64,000 nucleotides of DNA from Cenarchaeum sp. (GCA_965242695.1 CBDESU010000002.1:96001-160000), one strand, 5' to 3'. Shown: positions 28,596 to 38,640, counted from the first letter of the stretch. Numbers and translations: made by a program. The notes: a model not told the origin generated them from the letters alone.

Positions 28596-29693
28596 ATGGA
28601 AGGGGACGGAGGCGCCAAAAAGAGGGTGGCCATACTTGGCGCCACCGGCGCCGTCGGTCAGGAATTCGTCCAGTCGCTCGAGGGGCATCCGTGGTTCGAG
28701 GTCGCGCAGATCGCCGCGTCCGAGCGCTCGGCCGGCAAGACGTACATCGAGGCGATTCGCGACGAGACGGGCATTGTAAACTGGCAGGTAGGCGGCGAGG
28801 TGCCGGGATACGTCAGGGCCATGACGGTCCGCTCCATCGACGAGGTCGACCCGTCGGGCCTGGACCTGGTCTTTTCGGCCATCGAGTCGGGCGCGGCGCG
28901 CGACATAGAGACCAGGTTTGCCGCGCACCTTCCGGTCATATCGACCAGCTCGGCGTACAGGTACGAGGAGGACGTCCCCATACTCATACCCGGCGTGAAC
29001 GACGAGCAGTCCGATCTGCTCGACCGCCAAAGCTCGAACAGGGGCTGGAAGGGCTGGGTCGCGCCGCTGCCCAACTGCACGACCACAGGCCTGGCCATTA
29101 CGCTAAAGCCGCTGCACGAGAGGTACGGCGTCAAAAAGGTGCTCATGACGTCGATGCAGGCCATATCGGGCGCCGGCAGGGCACCGGGCGTGTCGGCCAT
29201 GAACATTACCGACAACATAATCCCGTTCATCGCAAAGGAAGAGGGCAAGGTGCGCAAGGAGACGCGCAAGATACTCGGCAAGCTCGGCGAGGACGGGCGC
29301 ATCCGCGACGCCGACATAATGGTGAGCGCCACGTGCACCCGCGTGCCCGTAATCGACGGCCACACCGAGGCCGTCTCGATCGAGACCGAGAGGGACGTCG
29401 ACCCCGGCGCGGCCAAGGACGCGTACGGCGAGGCGAACCGGACCGTGTCGGTCGCAGGGCTGCCGTCGGCTCCCGAGTCGTACTATGCCTTCCACGAGGA
29501 CCCCACGCGCCCGCAGCCGCGCCTCGAGAGGGACGTGGGCGGCGGCATGACGACGACCATCGGCCGCGTAGAGAGGGAGGAGATATTCGAAAAGGGGCTA
29601 AAGTACATGCTGTTCTCGCACAACAAGAAGATGGGGTCCGGCAAGGGCGCTGTCCTGCTCGCCGAGATGCTGCTCAAGAGGGCAAAGATATAG
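28596..29693 (+). CDS. asd: Aspartate-semialdehyde dehydrogenase (archaeal type)
   Basis: GATGAVGQ, ASERSAGK, PNCTT, QAISGAG, CTRVPVIDGH. Confidence 0.9.
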   Translation: MEGDGGAKKRVAILGATGAVGQEFVQSLEGHPWFEVAQIAASERSAGKTYIEAIRDETGIVNWQVGGEVPGYVRAMTVRSIDEVDPSGLDLVFSAIESGAARDIETRFAAHLPVISTSSAYRYEEDVPILIPGVNDEQSDLLDRQSSNRGWKGWVAPLPNCTTTGLAITLKPLHERYGVKKVLMTSMQAISGAGRAPGVSAMNITDNIIPFIAKEEGKVRKETRKILGKLGEDGRIRDADIMVSATCTRVPVIDGHTEAVSIETERDVDPGAAKDAYGEANRTVSVAGLPSAPESYYAFHEDPTRPQPRLERDVGGGMTTTIGRVEREEIFEKGLKYMLFSHNKKMGSGKGAVLLAEMLLKRAKI

Positions 29694-29805
29694 CCCAGGG
29701 GGCGGTGCCGCCTTTGCGCCGCGGCGGCATGCTGTCCGCCCGTCGGCCGGTGCCAGCCTGGCCTCCTACCGTGCGAAAAAAAAAGGACGGCCGGGATCAG
29801 GCCGC

Positions 29806-30690
29806 CTAGGACAGCTTTTCAAGGATCCTGGTCTGCGTCTCCAGCATGCGCTGGAAGAACACGCGGTTGTCGCTGGACATTGTCTCGATGGACACGGCCA
29901 CGCGGTCAAGCCGGTCTAGGACGCGCGTGTTGCGTTCCTCGGCGTTGGCCTCGGCGCGCTCCGCCCGGGCCTCGGCGCGCTCCGCCCGGGCCTCGGCGTT
30001 GGCCTCGGCGCGCTCCGCCCGGGCCTCGGCGTTGGCCTCGGCGCGCTCCGCCCGGGCCTCGGCGTTGGCCTCGGCGCGCTCCGCCCGGGCCTCGGCGTTG
30101 GCCTCGGCGTTGGCCTCGGCGCGCCTTGCACGGACCTCGGCGCGCCTTGCACGGACCTCGGCGCGCTCCGCCCGGGCCCTTATCACGGCGCGCGTCTTCC
30201 TGCCCTCTTTGCCAAACGCAGTCATGAGGCTCCGGCCGACGTCCATCGTAGTAAGGGACATCACGAATCCTACGCCGCCGGTCAGTATAAAAGCTGTTCC
30301 TAGGCCTATGTGTTCCAGCGCCCCTCGCACGCTCTCGGCGAGCAGGAAGACGCCCGATCCTACCATGGTCACGTAGACGAGGTTCTGGCGGCGTATGAGG
30401 AGCCTGCGGAGCCTGCGGAGCCTAGAGCCGGCGCGCCTCGGCGACGCGGCGTCGGTTGCCTGCGCAGGTGCCTGCGGGTCAGTAGAGAGTGCGGATCCCC
30501 TGCGCCTTGGCGCTGCGGCATCCCGCCTTCCTGCATCGCTCCCGCCCCGGCCTGTCCGGCGCCGGCCGCGGGCGCGCCCCGTCTCTGCGGCATCCCGCCT
30601 TCCTGCATCGCTCCCGCCCCGGCCTGTCCGGCGCCGGCCGCGGGCGCGCCCCGTCTCTGCGGCATCCCTCTTCTTTGCATCTTTTTTCAT
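29806..30690 (-). CDS. Hypothetical 2-TM protein with tandem-repeat coiled coil
   Basis: TTTATAAG ~25 nt upstream of ATG; 69-bp N-terminal duplication; two hydrophobic segments; AERAEANAEAR repeats. Confidence 0.6.
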   Translation of the reverse strand: MKKDAKKRDAAETGRARGRRRTGRGGSDAGRRDAAETGRARGRRRTGRGGSDAGRRDAAAPRRRGSALSTDPQAPAQATDAASPRRAGSRLRRLRRLLIRRQNLVYVTMVGSGVFLLAESVRGALEHIGLGTAFILTGGVGFVMSLTTMDVGRSLMTAFGKEGRKTRAVIRARAERAEVRARRAEVRARRAEANAEANAEARAERAEANAEARAERAEANAEARAERAEANAEARAERAEARAERAEANAEERNTRVLDRLDRVAVSIETMSSDNRVFFQRMLETQTRILEKLS

Positions 30691-30899
30691 GGCGGGGCGG
30701 TACCGTATTACCTTATAAAACTTGGTATATCCAGCATAGGCATACTGCCCGGCCTCCACCATGGCAGAGCCGCCCCCCCCCCCTCCCGGCCGGCAGGTCG
30801 GCGGCCCGGCGCCGGTGCACCCCCGCACCCTACTCCCCCGTCCGCCCGCCCCGGAGGCTGGCAGGGCGCCCCTGCATCGCCCCCCAACCCCCCCTCCTC

Positions 30900-31022
30900 C
30901 CCCTTCCCCCGGCCCGCTGGCGCGCAGCCCTGCATGCGCTTGGCAGAGGCGGGAGCGGCACAGTCAATGTCGGGGCTCCCTCCCCTTCCCCCGGCCCGCT
31001 GGCGCGCAGCCCCGCATGCGCT
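30900..31022. repeat. 41-bp direct repeat (30900-30940, 30982-31022; 1 mismatch) around a ~41-bp insert
   Basis: ccccttcccccggcccgctggcgcgcagccc(t/c)gcatgcgct twice, intergenic. Confidence 0.85.
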
Positions 31023-31096
31023 GCCGCCCAGCCGCTGCCGCCCAGCCGCGATCAAGTTATAACGGCGCGCGCCGCCGACGCGGCGGGGCGCGGGAG

Positions 31097-31654
31097 ATGG
31101 CAAGGCGGAACACGAGCGTGCCAAAGGGGGACGGGGCCACGGCAGGGGGCAGGGAGTCCGAGAGGAAGCCGTCCGCCGCGCCGGCCACCCTAGACGACAC
31201 GGACCGCCGCATCATCGCCGAGCTTGCCGCCGACTCGTCCGTGTCCATCCCGAAGATGTCCAAGAGGGTCGGCATAACGGCCAACGCCGCGTACGCGCGC
31301 ATCGAGAAGCTCAGGCGCCGGGGCGTCATACGCAGGTACTCGATCGCCGTCGACGGCAGGCACCTCGGGTACGGCGTAAAGGCCATGCTCGGCGTCAACA
31401 TGGACATAAAGCGGCGCGACGGCGTCATTGACGAGCTCATGGACATACCCGAGGTCGCCGAGGTCGCCGAGGTGACCGGCAGGTTCGACATGCTCGTTAC
31501 GGTGCACGCCCGCTCGCTCGACGACATGCACCGCATCGTGTACGGCAGGGTGGGGCGCATCGCGGGGATACTCTCGTCGGAGAGCTTTCTGCAGATGAGG
31601 TCGCGCGACAAGGCAATGCCATATATGCAGAGCGGGGAAGGGGCCGCGCCGTGA
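31097..31654 (+). CDS. Lrp/AsnC family transcriptional regulator
   Basis: LDDTDRRII..L, RIEKLRRRGVI, VTGRFD. Confidence 0.9.
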   Translation: MARRNTSVPKGDGATAGGRESERKPSAAPATLDDTDRRIIAELAADSSVSIPKMSKRVGITANAAYARIEKLRRRGVIRRYSIAVDGRHLGYGVKAMLGVNMDIKRRDGVIDELMDIPEVAEVAEVTGRFDMLVTVHARSLDDMHRIVYGRVGRIAGILSSESFLQMRSRDKAMPYMQSGEGAAP

Positions 31655-32589
31655 GCCAGGAGGGGCGCTCTAGGCTGCAGACGAGGGCCGCCGCGTACTA
31701 CGAGCTGAGCAAGCCGAAGATATGGTACCTCTTGGTGTTCACGGCGTTCGGCGCGGCCATCGCAGCCTCGAACGTGTACGGCCTCCCCGTATCGGGCGCC
31801 ACGTGGGCCCTCATGCTAGCCTCGGTGGCGGCCGGCTCTGCCGCGGCCAACGTCCTGACAAACTACCACGACCGCGACATCGACGCCGTAATGGAGCGGA
31901 CGAGGGGCAGGCCCATACCGTCGGGCAGGATCGCGCCGGAGGCGGCGCGCAACTTTGGCATCGCGCTAGCCGCCGCCTCGCTCGCCCTGGCGGCCTCGCT
32001 GTCGCTCACGACGAGCGCCTGGCAGGGCGCGCTAGCCGCCGCGTTCATCGCGTTCGGCCTGTTCAACAACGTGCTGGTGTACTCGTACGCCCTCAAGAGG
32101 CGCAGCCGGTCGAACATCGTCCTGGGCGGGCTGTGCGGCGGGATGCCGCCGCTGATAGGGTGGGTCGCCGTGACGACCGCGGGCCTGTGGACGATGGGGG
32201 CCGTAATGGCCGCCCTGGTGTTCATCTGGATACCGATGCACATATGGGCCCTGACGCTGCACTTTCGCGACGACTACAACAGGGTCGCCGTGCCGATGCT
32301 CACCGCGGTGCAGTCCGAGGCCGCATCGGCGAGGATCATCGCCGCCTCGACCATAGTGATGGCCGCGTTCAGCGCGGCCCCGCTCTTCCTCGAGGCGGGC
32401 GCCGGGGAGGGGCCGTTTGCGGGCCCCGCGTACATGTGGACGGCGGCCGCGTCCGGCGCCTTGATGGTGGCGCTGTCGGCATGGGTCGTGGCGAGGCCGA
32501 CCGAGCGGGCGGCATGGGTGCTCTTCAAGTTCTCCAGCCCGTACCTGGCAGTGCTGTTCATCGCCCTGATGGTCGACACGGCGCTGTGA
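31651..32589 (+). CDS. cyoE: Protoheme IX farnesyltransferase (heme o synthase)
   Basis: ELSKP, DRDID..MERT..RPIPSG, WIPMH, DDY...VPML. Confidence 0.92.
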   Translation: MSQEGRSRLQTRAAAYYELSKPKIWYLLVFTAFGAAIAASNVYGLPVSGATWALMLASVAAGSAAANVLTNYHDRDIDAVMERTRGRPIPSGRIAPEAARNFGIALAAASLALAASLSLTTSAWQGALAAAFIAFGLFNNVLVYSYALKRRSRSNIVLGGLCGGMPPLIGWVAVTTAGLWTMGAVMAALVFIWIPMHIWALTLHFRDDYNRVAVPMLTAVQSEAASARIIAASTIVMAAFSAAPLFLEAGAGEGPFAGPAYMWTAAASGALMVALSAWVVARPTERAAWVLFKFSSPYLAVLFIALMVDTAL

Positions 32590-32627
32590 GCGCTGCGCTT
32601 TTATTGCGGCCGTTCGGGGGCGGCGGC

Positions 32628-33035
32628 ATGGCGGAGGGGGGCAGGTTTGCCACGTCGCTCAGCTGCATAGACGGGAGGGTGCAGGGGCCGCTGTCCGAGT
32701 GGATAAGGCGCAGGTCCGGCGCCGAGTACGTCGATACGGTGACCGAGCCGGGCATGGACAAGGCGCTCTCGGGGGGCGGCGCGGCGGCGGAGGCGCTCAG
32801 GAAAAAGGCCAACATATCCGTAAAGGCTCACGGCTCGCGCATGATCGTCGTGTCGGGGCATGCGGACTGCGCGGGAAACCCCGTGCCCGACGACGAGCAC
32901 GTCCGGCAGATAGCCGAGTGCGTGAGGGTCGCCGAGTCGTGGGGAACCGGCGCCGAGGTGCTCGGCGCGTTCGTAGACTCGGAGCGGAAGGTAGTGCCGG
33001 TCGGCGGCGGCGGTCCTAGCCCCGGCGCGGACTGA
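32628..33035 (+). CDS. Small putative carbonic anhydrase (beta-class-like)
   Basis: CIDGR...H-x2-C metal ligand pattern, TEPG. Confidence 0.7.
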   Translation: MAEGGRFATSLSCIDGRVQGPLSEWIRRRSGAEYVDTVTEPGMDKALSGGGAAAEALRKKANISVKAHGSRMIVVSGHADCAGNPVPDDEHVRQIAECVRVAESWGTGAEVLGAFVDSERKVVPVGGGGPSPGAD

Positions 33036-36000
33036 GCGGCCCCATGCGGACGACGGTCGAGCCGCACTCGGAGCAGCGGCCTCGGACGGCAGGCCGGCCG
33101 TTCTTGAGGCGCGACTCGGTGGGATCCGACACGGCCGTCTTTTTGCGGCATTTGATGCAGTAGGCGGCGATCGCGCCGCGGGAGGGAACGTCGTCGCCGG
33201 CCGCATCGGGCAGGGATGCGACGGCGCGCCGCAGCTCGGCCAGGCGGGCCCTGACGTCGGCGATCTGCTCGGCCTTGGCCGGATCGGGGGAGGGGGAATG
33301 ACCGGGATCCTTTGCCGGCTCGGCCTTGGCAAACCCCTTCGGGAGGGTGCCGCGGGGGGAGGGGGGCGGAGGATCTTTTGCCGGTTCTGGCTCGGGATCG
33401 GGCTCGGCATCTGGCATGGATGAGAGGGCCTCGCGGAGCTCGGCCAGGCGGGCCCTGACGTCGGCGATCTGCTTGGCCTTGGCGGGATCGGGGGAGGGGG
33501 GCGCGGGGGGATACTCAGAACCTGGCGGCTCGGGCTCGGGCTTGGCAAACCCCTTCGGGAGGGTGCCGCGGGGAGAGGCCGGCTCGGGGGGCCGCTTGGG
33601 CTCGGGCGCGGGCTCGGGCGCGGGCTCGGGCGCGGGCTTTTCTTCAGCAGTGAGCTTGGGCTGGGCGGGCTCGGGCTGGGCGGGCTCGGGCTGGGCGGGC
33701 TCGGGCTGGGCGGGCTCGGGCTGGGCGGGCTCGGGCTGGGCGGGCTCGGGCTTGGCAAACCCCTTCGGGAGGGTGCCGTGGGGGGATGCCGGCTCGGGCT
33801 TTTCTTCAGCGGCGGGCGCGGGGGGCTTGTCGGGCTCGGATGGTTCGACGGGTCGCTCGGGCTCGGGCTTGGCGGGCTCGGGCTTGGCGGGCTCGGGCTT
33901 GGCGGGCTCGGGCTTGGCAAACCCCTTCGGGAGGGTGCCGTGGGGGGAGGCCGGCTCGGGCTTTTCTTCAGCGGCGAGCTCGGGGGGCTTGTCGGGCCCG
34001 GATGGTTCGGCGGGTCGCTCGGGCTCGGGCTTGGCGGGCTCGGGCTTGGCAAACCCCTTCGGGAGGGTGCCGTGGGGGGAGGCCGGCTCGGGCTTTTCTT
34101 CAGCGGCGAGCTCGGGGGGCTTGTCGGGCCCGGATGGTTCGGCGGGTCGCTCGGGCTCGGGCTTGGCGGGCTCGGGCTTGGCGGGCTCGGGCTTGGCAAA
34201 CCCCTTCGGGAGGGTGCCGTGGGGGGAGGCCGGCTCGGGCTTTTCTTCAGCGGCGAGCTCGGGGGGCTTGTCGGGCCCGGATGGTTCGGCGGGTCGCTCG
34301 GGCTCGGGCTTGGCGGGCTCGGGCTTGGCGGGCTCGGGCTTGGCAAACCCCTTCGGGAGGGTGCCGTGGGGGGAGGCCGGCTCGGGCTTTTCTTCAGCGG
34401 CGGGCTCGGGGGGCTTGTCGAGCTCGGATGGTTCGGCGGGTCGCTCGGGCTCGGGCTTGGCGGGCTCGGGCTTGGCAAACCCCTTCGGGAGGGTGCCGTG
34501 GGGGGAGGCCGGCTCGGGCTTTTCTTCAGCGGCGGGCTCGGGGGGCTTGTCGGGCTCGGATGGTTCGGCGGGTCGCTCGGGCTCGGGCTTGGCGGGCTCG
34601 GGCTTGGCAAACCCCTTCGGGAGGGTGCCGTGGGGGGATGCCGGCTCGGGCTTTTCTTCAGCGGCGGGCTCGGGGGGCTTGTCGGGCTCGGATGGTTCGG
34701 CGGGTCGCTCGGGCTCGGGCTTGGCGGGCTCGGGCTTGGCGGGCTCGGGCTTGGCGGGCTCGGGCTTGGCAAACCCCTTCGGGAGGGTGCCGTGGGGGGA
34801 TGCCGGCTCGGGCTTTTCTTCAGCGGCGGGCTCGGGGGGCTTGTCGGGCTCGGATGGTTCGGCGGGTCGCTCGGGCTCGGGCTTGGCGGGCTCGGGCTTG
34901 GCGGGCTCGGGCTTGGCAAACCCCTTCGGGAGGGTGCCGTGGGGGGATGCCGGCTCGGGCTTTTCTTCAGCGGCGGGCTCGGGGGGCTTGTCGGGCTCGG
35001 ATGGTTCGACGGGTCGCTCGGGCTCGGGCTTGGCGGGCTCGGGCTTGGCGGGCTCGGGCTTGGCAAACCCCTTCGGGAGGGTGCCGTGGGGGGATGCCGG
35101 CTCGGGCTTTTCTTCAGCGGCGGGCTCGGGGGGCTTGTCGGGCTCGGATGGTTCGGCGGGTCGCTCGGGCTTGGCGGGCTCGGGCTTGGCGGGCTCGGGC
35201 TTGGCGGGCTCGGGCTTGGCAAACCCCTTCGGGAGGGTGCCGTGGGGGGAGGCCGGCTCGGGCTTTTCTTCAGCGGCGAGCTCGGGGGGCTTGTCGGGCC
35301 CGGATGGTTCGGCGGGTCGCTCGGGCTCGGGCTTGGCGGGCTCGGGCTTGGCAAACCCCTTCGGGAGGGTGCCGTGGGGGGAGGCCGGCTCGGGCTTTTC
35401 TTCAGCGGCGAGCTCGGGGGGCTTGTCGGGCCCGGATGGTTCGGCGGGTCGCTCGGGCTCGGGCTTGGCGGGCTCGGGCTTGGCAAACCCCTTCGGGAGG
35501 GTGCCGTGGGGGGAGGCCGGCTCGGGCTTTTCTTCAGCGGCGGGCTCGGGGGGCTTGTCGAGCTCGGATGGTTCGGCGGGTCGCTCGGGCTTGGCGGGCT
35601 CGGGCTTGGCAAACCCCTTCGGGAGGGTGCCGTGGGGGGAGGGAGGCACGGGCTCGGCATCTGTGCTTGCAGCCGGCCGCCCACCATCACTAGAGGCAGC
35701 AGTGCTTGCCTTCGACTCTGCCGGCCGCGCCCGTATGCCGAGCCTGGCAAGATACCCCGCCTCGTACTCGGCGAACACCTCGCTGCGAGAGCGGCCATCG
35801 TGCGCCCGCCGCGCAGGCCGCGCAGACATTGCATCTGCCGCAAGGGCATCCGACCCGGCCGGCAGTTCGGACGTCGTATCCGCGCTCGCCGAGGCCCCTC
35901 CTGCGCTGGCACCCATGTTCTTGAGCATCGCCTTGTCCTGCGCTGTGATCGACGGGGCGGCTGCGCCAGCGGTGGCAGCGGCGGCAGCCTCCCTGGCCCG

Positions 36001-36342
36001 GGGCGGCTTTTCCGCAGTGCCGCGATCCCCGACCGGAGCGGCTGCAATGCCCATGATCGGCCCGAGGTAGTCGAGCGCCACCTTGTTGTCGTCTACCCTC
36101 AGGTAGAAGCGGCCTCCGGTCATGAACCGCCTTATCGGGGATCCCTTGCGCCAGTTGTCGCCTGCGCCGTACACGGTCATGTACGAGTCGCCCCTGCCCA
36201 TGCCGGTCGCCACTGTCATCTTGTCGACGACCTCCCCGGCGCCTATCTCGCCTCCCGAGTCGCGGTGCCGCACGACCGCCGACAGCTCGCGCCCGGCGCC
36301 ATACGACGCGGCCGACACGAGGTAGTCAGACCACTTGGCCAT
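33016..36342 (-). CDS. DUF3892-like N-domain, ~700-aa Pro/Glu/Lys repeat linker, C-terminal DUF5679-like Zn ribbon
   Basis: N-terminus paralogous to 38641-38964; 16 GTLPKGFAK units; AYCIKC..KNGRPAVRGRCSECG. Confidence 0.7.
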   Translation of the reverse strand: MAKWSDYLVSAASYGAGRELSAVVRHRDSGGEIGAGEVVDKMTVATGMGRGDSYMTVYGAGDNWRKGSPIRRFMTGGRFYLRVDDNKVALDYLGPIMGIAAAPVGDRGTAEKPPRAREAAAAATAGAAAPSITAQDKAMLKNMGASAGGASASADTTSELPAGSDALAADAMSARPARRAHDGRSRSEVFAEYEAGYLARLGIRARPAESKASTAASSDGGRPAASTDAEPVPPSPHGTLPKGFAKPEPAKPERPAEPSELDKPPEPAAEEKPEPASPHGTLPKGFAKPEPAKPEPERPAEPSGPDKPPELAAEEKPEPASPHGTLPKGFAKPEPAKPEPERPAEPSGPDKPPELAAEEKPEPASPHGTLPKGFAKPEPAKPEPAKPEPAKPERPAEPSEPDKPPEPAAEEKPEPASPHGTLPKGFAKPEPAKPEPAKPEPERPVEPSEPDKPPEPAAEEKPEPASPHGTLPKGFAKPEPAKPEPAKPEPERPAEPSEPDKPPEPAAEEKPEPASPHGTLPKGFAKPEPAKPEPAKPEPAKPEPERPAEPSEPDKPPEPAAEEKPEPASPHGTLPKGFAKPEPAKPEPERPAEPSEPDKPPEPAAEEKPEPASPHGTLPKGFAKPEPAKPEPERPAEPSELDKPPEPAAEEKPEPASPHGTLPKGFAKPEPAKPEPAKPEPERPAEPSGPDKPPELAAEEKPEPASPHGTLPKGFAKPEPAKPEPAKPEPERPAEPSGPDKPPELAAEEKPEPASPHGTLPKGFAKPEPAKPEPERPAEPSGPDKPPELAAEEKPEPASPHGTLPKGFAKPEPAKPEPAKPEPAKPEPERPVEPSEPDKPPAPAAEEKPEPASPHGTLPKGFAKPEPAQPEPAQPEPAQPEPAQPEPAQPEPAQPKLTAEEKPAPEPAPEPAPEPKRPPEPASPRGTLPKGFAKPEPEPPGSEYPPAPPSPDPAKAKQIADVRARLAELREALSSMPDAEPDPEPEPAKDPPPPSPRGTLPKGFAKAEPAKDPGHSPSPDPAKAEQIADVRARLAELRRAVASLPDAAGDDVPSRGAIAAYCIKCRKKTAVSDPTESRLKNGRPAVRGRCSECGSTVVRMGPLSPRRG
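33320..35645. repeat. Composite coding tandem repeat (~130-160 bp units with nested 15-bp KPEPA units)
   Basis: 16 copies of aaaccccttcgggagggtgcc. Confidence 0.95.
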
Positions 36343-37831
36343 GCGATCGAACCCCTACATTACGATGACAGGCATGGCGGCGGCGCAAGCAGGCGCGGCG
36401 CGCCCTGCCGGCGGCCCACGCTGCTGCCGCCGGCGCGCCCACATAGGCAGCCGCGTTCAGCGCGACGACCAGGACGCCGGCTGCAAGGACGGAGCCTGGC
36501 GACCCTGGATCGGCAACAGACATGAGCGAGAGAGATGCAAGCATGGGCGCAAGCAGCGCTGCGACTGCGGCGCGTAGCGCCGGCGCCTCCCGCTCCATGT
36601 CCGCCACCGCGGGCGAGAATGAGTAGTACGCGGCGCTGAACGCAGACATGAACGCGGCGCCGTGCGGCGTCTCGAGCAACGTCCCGTCACGCACCTCGCG
36701 GAGCAGCTGCACCTGCGGCGCCATCTCGGTCCCGTACGCGGCAGTAGCCACCAGGCAGCCGCCCCCTGGCGGCTCGGGAGCGGGCGGCGGGGAAGAGGCC
36801 CCGCTGCTGCCGCCCGCCTGCGTCCCCTCCCGCGGGGGAGGCGGGGGCCTGACCGGCACGCACTCGCCGCCGATGAGGCTCGTTCCTATGCCGCACTGCC
36901 CGTACCCCAGGGCCTCGGACTCGTCGATGCCGACCGCCTCGTAGATCGTATAGCCCGGATAGCTCCTTTCAAACCAGGCCCTGTAGTCCGGCTCGCTGTC
37001 ATACCTGGCAACATAGTAGCGCGGGTCGACGTCTGGATCGACGAACGGGGCTATCGGCCTTGGCGCGGGCAGGCCGACGGCGGCGTAGAACGACGGGTAC
37101 GCGGAGCCGTAGTTCTCGTCGTACCACTCGCGGTACGAGCTGTCGCTCTCGTAGCGCTCGACGAGCTCTGACGGGTCGGCCGCTTCCGCGGCAAACGGCG
37201 CCGGCTCGGGCACGCCGACAGCCCCGTATATGCTCATGTCCCCAAAGATCGAGTCGAACCACTGGCGGTACGAGCTGTCGCTCCTGTAGCGCTCGACGTA
37301 CGAGTATGGGCCCGCGGTGGGATCGACGACGTACTGGGCAAAGTCGGGATGGGGTGCAAAGGCGGGGGCGGCGGCCGTAGACGCGGCGGGGGCGGCGGCC
37401 GTAGACGCGGCGGGGGCTTCAGGGCTCGGCAGCCCGACGGCCTCGTATATCGAGGCGTACTCGGAGGAATACGTGCCGTCGAACCACTGGCGGAAGGCCT
37501 CTTCCGTGTCGTACCGTTCGACGTACGACCTCGGGTCGGTGCCCTCCTCGACGAACGAGGCGGGCTCGGGCACGCCGGCCGCCTCGTATATCGAGTCGTA
37601 CGTCGAGGCATGGTGGTCGTCAAACCACTGGCGGAAGGCATCGTCCGTCTTGTACCGCTCTATGTACAGGTACGGGTTGTCCGCAGCCTCCGGCATGGGA
37701 GCCGGGCTGCCGCCCCCGACCCACGCCGCCTGGCCGAGCGCATCCTGTGGCGCCCCAGACATGGAGGCGGCAAGCACGACGGCGGCCACGGACGAGGCGG
37801 CAAGCAGGGCTGTCCTGGCCATACGACTCAT
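36326..37831 (-). CDS. Secreted CFI-box-CTERM domain protein with five Tyr/Trp-rich repeats
   Basis: Signal peptide; YVERY..WFD..SIYEAVG repeats; GGCLVATAAYGTEMAPQVQLLREVRD followed by a TM helix. Confidence 0.8.
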   Translation of the reverse strand: MSRMARTALLAASSVAAVVLAASMSGAPQDALGQAAWVGGGSPAPMPEAADNPYLYIERYKTDDAFRQWFDDHHASTYDSIYEAAGVPEPASFVEEGTDPRSYVERYDTEEAFRQWFDGTYSSEYASIYEAVGLPSPEAPAASTAAAPAASTAAAPAFAPHPDFAQYVVDPTAGPYSYVERYRSDSSYRQWFDSIFGDMSIYGAVGVPEPAPFAAEAADPSELVERYESDSSYREWYDENYGSAYPSFYAAVGLPAPRPIAPFVDPDVDPRYYVARYDSEPDYRAWFERSYPGYTIYEAVGIDESEALGYGQCGIGTSLIGGECVPVRPPPPPREGTQAGGSSGASSPPPAPEPPGGGCLVATAAYGTEMAPQVQLLREVRDGTLLETPHGAAFMSAFSAAYYSFSPAVADMEREAPALRAAVAALLAPMLASLSLMSVADPGSPGSVLAAGVLVVALNAAAYVGAPAAAAWAAGRARRACLRRRHACHRNVGVRSHGQVV

Positions 37832-38156
37832 TGGGCTACGGCGCCCATGCAAGGCGGGTTCATTTTATATGATTGGAGTGTAAAAAATGATTGACCCGCG
37901 GGCGAGCTGCGGCAGGCCCACAGGTCAACATTTCTAGACCCCGCCCTGCATACCCCCGGCCCCCCATAGTGGCCATGCCGTACGAGGAGGACAAGCTGCA
38001 GGGGCTTGACGAGGACGCCGCTGCCGGCGGAGACGGGGACAGGCGGGCCGCTAGCCCGCCGCGCGGCGGGCGGCCGCGGCGCCGCTAGCGCCGGCGGCCT
38101 AGGGGGCAGGCGCCGGCGGGGGAGGGTTTATCATACGGCCCGCGGCGGGGGCCGCC

Positions 38157-38585
38157 ATGTCAACTATGGGACAGGGCAGCCGGGCCGACTGGCAGACCCT
38201 CTGGGACGAGTACACGAGGTCGTTCGAGAACTGGAAGCAGATGGTCGAGTCTGTCCAAAGGGCATCGGCGGACATGCAGCGCAGCTTCAACCAAGTCATG
38301 GAAAAGGCGGCATCCGAGTCGTCGACAGACACCATGAAAAAGTTCGGCGAGACATGGCAAAAGGCCATGAGCGAGGCGGGCATGAGCGGCGTGAGGCAGT
38401 TCGGCGAGACATGGCAAAAGGCCATGAGCGAGTCGTCCATCGAGTCGTACAGGCAGTTCGGCGAGACGTGGCAAAAGACGCTCAGCGAGTCTGGCATGGA
38501 GCAGATCAAGGCGTACGGAGACATGATGAAAAAGTTCGCCGAGACATGGGACAGCATGTGGCCGCAAAAGGGCCCGCAGTCCTGA
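38157..38585 (+). CDS. Hypothetical helical repeat protein (FGETWQK 19-aa repeats)
   Basis: TTTATC element ~25 nt upstream; typical codon usage. Confidence 0.75.
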   Translation: MSTMGQGSRADWQTLWDEYTRSFENWKQMVESVQRASADMQRSFNQVMEKAASESSTDTMKKFGETWQKAMSEAGMSGVRQFGETWQKAMSESSIESYRQFGETWQKTLSESGMEQIKAYGDMMKKFAETWDSMWPQKGPQS

Positions 38586-38640
38586 CCGGGCCGCGCGCGA
38601 CCCCCCTAATTTTATATTCCGATCCGGCGGGGCCGCGCCG

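Noticed and set aside
33320-35645. Possible CRISPR array, and 600-1100-aa ORFs in alternative frames
   Set aside because: Coding tandem repeat; the other frames are open only because the repeat lacks stops. Only the 33016-36342 frame has recognisable terminal domains
37975-38088. Tiny ORF MPYEEDKLQGLDED...
   Set aside because: 37 aa, no clear promoter or motif; could be a remnant but cannot be supported
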